Shown here piece by piece: positions 19,401 to 26,628 of a stretch of 64,000 nucleotides of DNA; position 1 is the stretch's first letter, and each line of letters begins with the position of its first letter. The position numbers and the translations under genes were made by a program. The notes under the pieces were generated by a model. The model did no database searches. It worked only from the letters and a program-made list of their open reading frames with translations, and had not been told where the DNA came from. Source of the DNA: Oscillospiraceae bacterium (lineage in GTDB: Bacteria > Bacillota > Clostridia > Oscillospirales > Acutalibacteraceae); assembly GCA_015065605.1 (NCBI GenBank), contig SVPZ01000001.1:14132-78131 (forward strand), given 5' to 3'.

Positions 19401-19831
19401 AAATACTTATAATTAACGGACCGAATATAAATATGCTTGGTATTCGCGAACCCGATATTTACGGAAAAGAAACCTATCAGACCCTTATTGATACTGTAAG
19501 TAATTATGCGGTAAAATTGGGCATTGATATTGAATGTTATCAATCAAATCACGAGGGTGATATTGTTGATAAAATTCAAGCGGCTTTAGGAAGTACAGAC
19601 GGAATAGTAATAAATCCTGCCGCTTATACCCATACGAGTATTGCCATTCTCGACGCTTTAAAATCGGTCGGTGTGCCTGCTGTCGAGGTGCATATTTCCG
19701 ACGTTTCTAAAAGAGAAAGCTTCCGACAGATAAGCTTTATACGTGATTATTGTATAAAAACGATAATTGGACAGGGATTAAACGGTTACTGTATGGCTAT
19801 AGATGAACTTCTGGAGTATTTGAAAAAATGA
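19397..19831 (+). CDS. aroQ: type II 3-dehydroquinate dehydratase
   Basis: [23 protein letters not shown]...[13 protein letters not shown]...[12 protein letters not shown]. It overlaps the upstream gene by ATGA. Confidence 0.93.
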   Translation: [144 protein letters not shown]

Positions 19832-21024
19832 AGGCAACAATTAATAAAAGTCGGGCAGTAGGTAATATAACGGCGCCTCCTTCAAAAAGTATGGCACACA
19901 GAAATCTTTTGTGTGCCGCTTTAAGTGAAAGAAGTACTGTTTTTAACGTTGAATATTCGCAAGATATACTGGCTACGCTTGATTCGTTAAAAGCATTGGG
20001 CGCTAATATAGAAATTAATGGCTCGACTGTTAATATAGGTGGATTTTATCCCGAAAAAGTTAAAGGAACTACCCTTGATTGCAGAGAAAGCGGAAGTACC
20101 CTAAGATTTATTTTGCCTCTGTGTCTTTTGAGCGGTGAGGAGTTTATTCTTAAAGGTCAGGGCAGACTTTTGCAAAGACCTATGACTGTATATAGTGATT
20201 TGTGCCGCGAAAAAGGAATTGATTTTGAACAGACCGACGAATATATAAGAATTAAAGGCAGACTTAAAGGCGGAAAATTTACCGTTGACGGCGGAATAAG
20301 CAGTCAGTTTATTTCGGGACTTTTGTTTGCGCTTCCTCTTTTAAAGGAAGATAGTGTTATAAATATCGTCGGCGAAATTCAAAGTTATTCATATTTGCTT
20401 TTAACCTTTAAAAGTTTAACTGATTTTGGAATAGATGTTGATTATACCGATATCAGAAGTATAAAAATTAAAGGTAATCAAACCTACAAAAATAAAGAAG
20501 TTAAGGTTGAGGGAGATTATTCAAACGCTGCTTTTTTTGATGCGCTAAACTTTTTGGACGGTGACGTTAAGGTAGAAGGTTTGGCTGAAGATAGTCTGCA
20601 GGGGGACAGGGTTTATAAAGAACTTTTTGATAAACTTAATAAAGAAAACTCGGTTATATCAATTGCAGACTGTCCCGATTTGGCGCCGATTCTTTTCGTA
20701 ATGGCGGCGGTGGGAAATGGCGCTCTTTTTACCGATACTGCGCGTCTTAAAATAAAAGAAAGCGACAGAGCGGCGGCTATGCAAGAAGAACTTTCGAAAT
20801 TTGGCGTAAAAATGGACGTGGATGATAATTCTATAAGAGTGTATGCTTCCAAAATTAAAACGCCTACAGAAGAAATAAACGGTCATAATGACCACAGAAT
20901 AGTAATGGCTACGGCTATTCTTGCCACAAAGACCGGTGCGGTTATAAACGGCGCTGAAGCAGTTCGAAAAAGTCTGCCCGATTTTTTTGAACGTCTTGGT
21001 TCATTAAACATAAATGTAAGTTAG
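19828..21024 (+). CDS. aroA: 3-phosphoshikimate 1-carboxyvinyltransferase (EPSP synthase)
   Basis: The PPSKSMAHR, LRERP-like (LLQRPM) and KESDR blocks are present. It overlaps aroQ by ATGA. Confidence 0.92.
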   Translation: MKATINKSRAVGNITAPPSKSMAHRNLLCAALSERSTVFNVEYSQDILATLDSLKALGANIEINGSTVNIGGFYPEKVKGTTLDCRESGSTLRFILPLCLLSGEEFILKGQGRLLQRPMTVYSDLCREKGIDFEQTDEYIRIKGRLKGGKFTVDGGISSQFISGLLFALPLLKEDSVINIVGEIQSYSYLLLTFKSLTDFGIDVDYTDIRSIKIKGNQTYKNKEVKVEGDYSNAAFFDALNFLDGDVKVEGLAEDSLQGDRVYKELFDKLNKENSVISIADCPDLAPILFVMAAVGNGALFTDTARLKIKESDRAAAMQEELSKFGVKMDVDDNSIRVYASKIKTPTEEINGHNDHRIVMATAILATKTGAVINGAEAVRKSLPDFFERLGSLNINVS

Positions 21025-21040
21025 GAAAGGTGAATATGGT

Positions 21041-22069
21041 ATGTCTATGAACTTTAAAAGAAAACTTCCGATTCCAATGGAGGTTAAAGAACAATATCCC
21101 GTAAGTGATAAAGATAAAAAGATTAAAGAAGAAAGAGATAACGAACTTAAGAAGATTTTTACGGGAGAAAGCAATAAATTTATTCTCGTTATCGGGCCTT
21201 GCTCGGCTGATTATCCCGAAAGCGTTTTAGAATATATTGAACGACTCAGAAAAATTCAGGATGAAGTTAAGGATAAGGTGTTTATTGTACCAAGAATTTA
21301 TACCAATAAACCAAGAACCACGGGAGCCGGATATAAAGGAATGCTTCATCAACCTGATCCCGATAAAAATCCCGATATGCTCAGCGGTATCATAGCAATA
21401 AGAGATTTGCATCTGAGAGCCCTTAAGGATTACGGATTTACCTGCGCAGATGAAATGCTTTATCCTGCAAATTACCGTTATCTTTCCGACCTTATTTCTT
21501 ACGTTGCCGTAGGAGCTCGTTCAGTAGAAAATCAGGAACATCGACTTGTTTCAAGCGGTATTGAAGTTCCCGTTGGTATGAAAAATCCTACGGGCGGTGA
21601 TTTGACCGTTATGATGAATGCGATTTCTGCCGCTCAGCAAAAGCACGTATTTTTATACAGAGGTTGGGAAGTAGAAAGTGACGGCAACCCTCTTGCTCAT
21701 GCTATTTTAAGAGGCTATACGGGACAAAACGGTGGCAGTGTTTCAAATTATCATTACGAAACTCTTTCCGAACTTTGCGAACTTTATCAAAAATCCGGAC
21801 TTCTTAATCCGTCGGTTATTATTGATACCAACCACGCAAATTCAGGTAAAAAATATGCAGAACAACCGAGAATTGCAAAGGACGTGCTTTATAGCTGTAC
21901 TCATAATGATGAAATTAAAAAGCTTGTTAAAGGTCTTATGGTTGAAAGTTATCTTGAAGACGGATGTCAGAAAATAGGCGACCACGTTTACGGAAAATCA
22001 ATTACCGACCCCTGTATCGGTTGGAAAAAAACCGAAAAGTTAATCTACAACGTAGCAGAAACGTTATAA
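21041..22069 (+). CDS. aroF: 3-deoxy-7-phosphoheptulonate (DAHP) synthase, type I
   Basis: The IGPCS, KPRTT and VGARSVENQEHR blocks are present. 342 aa, last gene of the pathway operon. Confidence 0.88.
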   Translation: MSMNFKRKLPIPMEVKEQYPVSDKDKKIKEERDNELKKIFTGESNKFILVIGPCSADYPESVLEYIERLRKIQDEVKDKVFIVPRIYTNKPRTTGAGYKGMLHQPDPDKNPDMLSGIIAIRDLHLRALKDYGFTCADEMLYPANYRYLSDLISYVAVGARSVENQEHRLVSSGIEVPVGMKNPTGGDLTVMMNAISAAQQKHVFLYRGWEVESDGNPLAHAILRGYTGQNGGSVSNYHYETLSELCELYQKSGLLNPSVIIDTNHANSGKKYAEQPRIAKDVLYSCTHNDEIKKLVKGLMVESYLEDGCQKIGDHVYGKSITDPCIGWKKTEKLIYNVAETL

Positions 22070-22082
22070 AAAGGAATTTGTT

Positions 22083-22619
22083 ATGGAAATAGTATCTCAA
22101 ATAATAGGATTAATTGCGGTTGTACTTTTTCTTTTAAGTTATCAGCAAAAGAAAAGAAAAAATATCATATTATTTAATACGCTTTCACGTTGTTTATATA
22201 TTTTACAGTACGTGCTGTTGGGAGCATTCTCCGGAGCTGTACTTGATGTATTAGGGGCAATTTCTTCTATTATTGCAGGTAGAAAACATATCGGGTTTGT
22301 AAAAAAACACACAATTTTGGTGCTCATTTTGGTTAACACCTGTATAATTGCGGCGGGAGTAGCCATTGCTTTTTCCAACAAAAGTTGGCTTGATTTGTTT
22401 TCTCTTACGGGCGTTTTATTACATACCAGCGCCTTTTGGATTAGCAGCGAAAAAATAATTCGTCGTGTTTCGCTTTTGGGTTCACCGTTTTGGTTTGTGT
22501 ATAATATTTTAAGCCGCGCTTACGGTTCGGCAATAGGGGATATTCTCTCAATGTGCTCTATTATTATCGCAATGGTGCGACATAAAAATTCAGATAATGA
22601 AAAAGTCTTGAATAATTAA
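22083..22619 (+). CDS. YgjV family inner membrane protein
   Basis: 178 aa with 5-6 TM helices. LSYQQKKRKNIILFNTLSRCLYILQYVLLGAFSGA resembles the YgjV signature. Confidence 0.6.
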   Translation: MEIVSQIIGLIAVVLFLLSYQQKKRKNIILFNTLSRCLYILQYVLLGAFSGAVLDVLGAISSIIAGRKHIGFVKKHTILVLILVNTCIIAAGVAIAFSNKSWLDLFSLTGVLLHTSAFWISSEKIIRRVSLLGSPFWFVYNILSRAYGSAIGDILSMCSIIIAMVRHKNSDNEKVLNN

Positions 22620-22621
22620 AA

Positions 22622-22656
22622 TAAAAATTGGCTGTAATTTTACAGCCAATTTTTTA
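22622..22656. terminator. bidirectional intrinsic terminator between convergent genes
   Basis: A 9-bp stem ttggctgta/tacagccaa flanked by an A-run and a T-run. Confidence 0.8.
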
Positions 22657-23397
22657 ATGCTTATTGATAAATTCAAGAATAAACGGTTCGAGTCTTCGTT
22701 TGCCTTCCTTGTCAGGCATAATTGCTGAACAGTGAGTGCCTTCAAATTCTTTTATGGTTACGTCTGCATCGGGGAGAAAACGCTTAAGAGAAGCATAGAA
22801 AAGCCTGTTTTCTTCGGGACGGCAAATCATATCATTTGAGTAATAATCTATAAATAGCGGACGCAAGGTTAAACTTGGATTAACGTAGTAAATAGGTGCC
22901 TTTTCATCGATATATTGAATATTAGGGTTAAGCCCCATTTCCTTAAGTACGTTAAAGTGGGTGAAAACTTGAGCACTGTCGGAAATAAAACCCGATAGGT
23001 CGGTTTCTTCGTTTACACCCACGGCTTTTAGGTATTCCTTATTAAAACAGAGCATCATAGTAAGATATGCGCCCGCGGAAGAACCGCCGACAAATAGTTT
23101 GCCGTTTCCACCAAGTTCTTTCATTTTTTTCACGGTAAAGGCAACTGCGTTTGCGGCATCTTCTATAAATTCGGGAAATTTAGCGGTTGGATACAATCTG
23201 TAATTGGGGGCAACGACGGCTATCCCTTCGTTTAAAAGTCCTTTGGGAACGTCACCGCCTTGCTTACTGCCACCTACTATTCCACCACCGTGAAACCAAA
23301 GAACTGTTGTGAAGTTATTGTTATCGGGAAGAAAAATATCAAGTACACGGCTGTTGTCGTTATCGTTTGTATAGTGTAAATCTAAAAATTCTTTCAT
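22654..23397 (-). CDS. alpha/beta hydrolase (esterase/lipase, HGGG type)
   Basis: WFHGGGIVGG oxyanion block and the GGSSAGAY nucleophile elbow. The start is taken at MKEFLDL (23397). The longer track ORF overlaps the upstream gene. Confidence 0.8.
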   Translation of the reverse strand: MKEFLDLHYTNDNDNSRVLDIFLPDNNNFTTVLWFHGGGIVGGSKQGGDVPKGLLNEGIAVVAPNYRLYPTAKFPEFIEDAANAVAFTVKKMKELGGNGKLFVGGSSAGAYLTMMLCFNKEYLKAVGVNEETDLSGFISDSAQVFTHFNVLKEMGLNPNIQYIDEKAPIYYVNPSLTLRPLFIDYYSNDMICRPEENRLFYASLKRFLPDADVTIKEFEGTHCSAIMPDKEGKRRLEPFILEFINKH

Positions 23398-23401
23398 AAT
23401 T

Positions 23402-23683
23402 TTATCCGTTTTTCTTATCAATAGCCTTATTTCTGAAATAAAGGGCAATATCGAGACCAACCATAATAAAGTTTAATACGTAGAAGAAAAGTACGTACCA
23501 TTTAAAGCCGTTTTCGTTGACAAGTTTTGAGGTTATACCGCACACGTAACCGAATTCGATAAATAAAAGAAAAGCAAGACTTTTTCCTTTGGCGGTACGC
23601 GCTTTAAAGGATTTCATAACGTTTAACGGCCACGAAAAACCAAAACTTACAATCATAAAAATTTCCAAAATTTCTGCTAACAT
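23402..23683 (-). CDS. small 3-TM membrane protein, PQ-loop / SemiSWEET-like
   Basis: 93 aa. SFGFSWPLNVMKSFKARTAKGKS resembles the PQ-loop motif (PQ replaced by PL) followed by a basic loop. The second ATG follows an aggagg RBS. Confidence 0.45.
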   Translation of the reverse strand: MLAEILEIFMIVSFGFSWPLNVMKSFKARTAKGKSLAFLLFIEFGYVCGITSKLVNENGFKWYVLFFYVLNFIMVGLDIALYFRNKAIDKKNG

Positions 23684-23802
23684 AATCATACCTCCTAAAT
23701 TTCTAACTGTTAGTATATCAAATTCTATGTTTAAAGTAAAGTATACAATAAATTAAAGTTGCTATATATTTTAATATATGGTATAATAACGTCGGTGATC
23801 AT

Positions 23803-24657
23803 ATGGAACTATTACAATTGAAGTATTTTATGGATAGCGCAGAAAATGAAAATTTTTCAAAAACAGCAAAAAAATATATGGTTCCGCCTTCCAGTGTATC
23901 TATCAGTATAAAGAAACTGGAAAGGGAACTTGGGTGTGAATTATTCTTACGAAAAGGTAATAAAATTAACCTTAATTCAAGCGGAAAATATTTTTATAAC
24001 GTCGTGAAAAAATCAATTGAAGAACTTGACAATGCAGTAACAATGCTTAAAACTTCGCCTGAACAGATAGGGGAAATAAAAATTCTTGTCAGAAGTGAAA
24101 GACGTATTATAATGCAATATATTGTTGAATTTAAAAAAATTTATCCTAATATTGCTTTTCGCATTATGCACGATTTTAATACTACCGATACCGATAAATA
24201 CGATATAATAATAGACAGCGATAGCGATAGTTATTTTGGTTTTAAACGCATCCCTCTCATCAGAGAAAAATTGCGTTTTGCGGTAAGTAAAAACAATCCT
24301 CTTTGTGAAAGAAAACTGAAACTTTCTGATTTGTGCGGAGAGCCTTTTATATCTATGGGGCAGGGAAGCAGTATGAACAGACTTACAAAGGAATATTGCA
24401 AAAAAGCCGGTTTTTCGCCGAATATTATTATAGAATGTGACGACCCGTATTATTTAAGAAAATATATTGAACTTGATTTTGGAGTGGCGCTTATTCCCGA
24501 AACGTCATGGCAAGGCGAACTCAGCGAAAACGTTGCTTTTTTAGATATAAATGATTTTGACGAAAGCAGAGTTACATACTTTTATCAGAACAAAAATTCT
24601 AACAATTCGACGAAACAGTTTTATGGGTTTTTGAATAAAAAAATGGCAGAATTTTAA
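23803..24657 (+). CDS. LysR family transcriptional regulator
   Basis: N-terminal HTH (LQLKYFMDSAENENFSKTAKKYMVPPSSVSISIKKLE) plus a LysR substrate-binding domain. Confidence 0.88.
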   Translation: MELLQLKYFMDSAENENFSKTAKKYMVPPSSVSISIKKLERELGCELFLRKGNKINLNSSGKYFYNVVKKSIEELDNAVTMLKTSPEQIGEIKILVRSERRIIMQYIVEFKKIYPNIAFRIMHDFNTTDTDKYDIIIDSDSDSYFGFKRIPLIREKLRFAVSKNNPLCERKLKLSDLCGEPFISMGQGSSMNRLTKEYCKKAGFSPNIIIECDDPYYLRKYIELDFGVALIPETSWQGELSENVAFLDINDFDESRVTYFYQNKNSNNSTKQFYGFLNKKMAEF

Positions 24658-24672
24658 TCTGCCATTTTTGTT
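24636..24672. terminator. bidirectional terminator between the LysR and CNNM genes
   Basis: Hairpin tggcaga-N7-tctgcca flanked by A- and T-runs. It overlaps the LysR stop codon. Confidence 0.6.
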
Positions 24673-25995
24673 TTAAACTTCTATTTCTTCTTTGATTCTG
24701 TTTTCTGTATTTACGGATATTTCATGGGTCATAAGGTCGTCTGCTTTAGTAACCTTGAGTACGATACCTTCAATCTCGAAAGTATCTCCCTCTTCGGGTA
24801 TTCCTTCTTTAAGCTGAGTAAGCCAACCGTTAACCGTTGCCGATTCAATATCCTCAGGAACGGTAAGGTCAAAATATTCAAAGAAAGAATCAAGAGAAGT
24901 AATTGTGAGTACATTGAAGTTATGTTCATCAATTTGGGTGATTTCGTCTATAGCTTCATCGCCTTCATCCCAAATTTCACCAACAATTTCTTCCAGTATA
25001 TCTTCCATAGTAACTATACCCGAAGCCTCGCCGTATTCGTTAACAACGATTACGATGTGGTTGTGGTCGGTCTGCATATCTTTAAATAACGTATCAAGAT
25101 GAATACTTTCCGGAACGAAAACAGGGGGGTGAATAGCATCTGCTAAACTGAAGCCTTTGTCTTTACGGTGTAAAAGATATTCTTTAGTGTATAAAATGCC
25201 TTCAATAGTGTCAAGCTCTGCGCTAAATACGGGAATACGTGAATAACCGTCGTTTTCAATTATTTCAAGGATTTCTTTATCGGTAGAATCTATAGAAATA
25301 TAAGAAACGGATTTTCTTGGCGTCATAACGTCTTCGGCGGTCATTCTGTCAAGCTTGAAAACGTTTTTGATATATTCAATGTCATCTTGATTTAAGGAAC
25401 CTTCGTCGGCGCCTGCATCAAGCATAAGTACGATGTCTTCTTCAGATACGGTTTCTTCTTTTTCGTGAGGGTCTATACCAAAAATACGTATAATTCCGTT
25501 TGTTGTAACGGTTAACATCCACACAATAGGACGAAGCACAGCGGTTAAGAATGAAATGATACCGCAAAAGCCTTGAGAAACCTTTTCTTTGTGATGCATG
25601 GCGATACGTTTGGGTACGAGTTCGCCGAGCACAAGGGTGAAGAACGAAAGAATAATAGTGATAACTACTACAGACACGTCTTCAACAAAGTCATGATAAG
25701 CGGATAAATTTTGATATTTGCTGATTAGCGCATTAGTTAATCTTTCGGAAAAGTTGTCGGCAGCGAAAGCGGAACCTAAAAATCCTGCAAGGGTAATGCC
25801 TATTTGTATGGTAGAAAGAAAACGGGTAGGGTCTTCTATCATTTTAAGCATTTTTGCGGCTTTTTTGTCACCGTCTTCGGCTTGCGCCTTGATTTTTTTC
25901 TCGTTAAGAGAAATTACCGCAATTTCGGTAGCGGCAAAAAAAGCGTTGAGTAAAATAAGAACCAACTGTAACAGTAGTTGTTTAAAAATAGTCAT
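24673..25995 (-). CDS. CNNM/HlyC-CorC family protein (DUF21 - CBS pair - CorC_HlyC), putative divalent-cation efflux
   Basis: 440 aa with an N-terminal 4-TM DUF21 domain, a CBS pair (MTPRKSV...IPVF; IVIVVNEYGEASGIVTMEDILEEIVGEI) and a C-terminal transporter-associated domain. Confidence 0.85.
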   Translation of the reverse strand: MTIFKQLLLQLVLILLNAFFAATEIAVISLNEKKIKAQAEDGDKKAAKMLKMIEDPTRFLSTIQIGITLAGFLGSAFAADNFSERLTNALISKYQNLSAYHDFVEDVSVVVITIILSFFTLVLGELVPKRIAMHHKEKVSQGFCGIISFLTAVLRPIVWMLTVTTNGIIRIFGIDPHEKEETVSEEDIVLMLDAGADEGSLNQDDIEYIKNVFKLDRMTAEDVMTPRKSVSYISIDSTDKEILEIIENDGYSRIPVFSAELDTIEGILYTKEYLLHRKDKGFSLADAIHPPVFVPESIHLDTLFKDMQTDHNHIVIVVNEYGEASGIVTMEDILEEIVGEIWDEGDEAIDEITQIDEHNFNVLTITSLDSFFEYFDLTVPEDIESATVNGWLTQLKEGIPEEGDTFEIEGIVLKVTKADDLMTHEISVNTENRIKEEIEV

Positions 25996-26191
25996 TGACT
26001 GAGAGTCCTCCAGTATTTTAAATGTAATCTTTAATTTTTGTACGCATTCTAATTTCTGTTATAGGCAACAAAGGATACTTTATAGCCTAAAGAGTTACAT
26101 TCATAGCGAAGTTCAATTAACTCAAAGCCAAAGCAACTACTTCGGGGTAGCGGATCCACAAAACCAACTCCATTTCAATATTAGTTTTTTT

Positions 26192-26220
26192 ATTATACTA
26201 TATATCAGAAAAATAGTCAA
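26192..26220 (-). promoter_or_regulatory. sigma-A type promoter for the CNNM gene (gives a ~190-nt leader)
   Basis: On the minus strand: TTGACT (26220-26215), a 17-nt spacer, then TATAAT (26197-26192). Confidence 0.55.
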
Positions 26221-26309
26221 GAAAGTAATTTTGGTTATTGTGATTTAAGAGCTATGTATTTACAATTACATTGTTTTGTGGTAAAATAACGAAAGTGAGG
26301 TGTAATATT

Positions 26310-26510
26310 ATGGCTGTTAAATTGAACCCTGATAAAGAAGTTGTGAAAAAAATAAAAGAAGGACTAAAAATGAAGGATGGTTACTGTCCTTGCAGACTTC
26401 AAAAAACCGAAGAAAATAAGTGTATTTGTAAAGAATTCAGAGAACAAATTGCCGACCCCGATTTTGAGGGATTTTGTCACTGTATGCTTTATTACAAATC
26501 TAAAGATTAA
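26310..26510 (+). CDS. small ferredoxin-thioredoxin-reductase catalytic-domain-like Cys-rich protein
   Basis: 66 aa. The CPC...CIC...CHC spacing (GYCPCRLQKTEENKCICKEF...GFCHCMLYY) resembles the FTR catalytic subunit core. RBS gtgagg precedes the ATG at 26310. Confidence 0.6.
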   Translation: MAVKLNPDKEVVKKIKEGLKMKDGYCPCRLQKTEENKCICKEFREQIADPDFEGFCHCMLYYKSKD

Positions 26511-26529
26511 AACTTTATATACTTTCTTT

Positions 26530-26559
26530 TAATATGCTCGCAAGAGCATATTTTTTTTA
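26530..26559 (+). terminator. intrinsic terminator
   Basis: Hairpin atatgctc-gcaa-gagcatat followed by T8. Confidence 0.85.
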
Positions 26560-26588
26560 TTGACAAAAGGCTTGAATTGTTGCATAAT
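26560..26588 (+). promoter_or_regulatory. sigma-A type promoter of giant gene 1
   Basis: TTGACA (26560-65), a 17-nt spacer, then CATAAT (26583-88), ~40 nt upstream of the ATG at 26629. Confidence 0.55.
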
Positions 26589-26628
26589 TATAATGATTAA
26601 GTATAATAAAATAAATTGGAGATTTATT

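Noticed and set aside
23398-23460. N-terminal extension of the esterase ORF (track start 23460)
   Set aside because: It overlaps the 3' end of the upstream PQ-loop-like gene and adds a non-homologous 21-aa tail. MKEFLDLHY at 23397 is the natural start.
25996-26190. M-box (Mg) or yybP-ykoY (Mn) riboswitch in the CNNM gene leader
   Set aside because: I could not find the conserved cores of either class on the minus strand. It is kept only as a low-interest unknown leader.
26560-26628. Upstream extensions of the two giant ORFs (track starts 26560 and 33278, both TTG)
   Set aside because: The extensions overlap the predicted -35/-10 promoter elements. Signal-peptide-like N-termini preceded by RBSs begin at 26629 and 33299.
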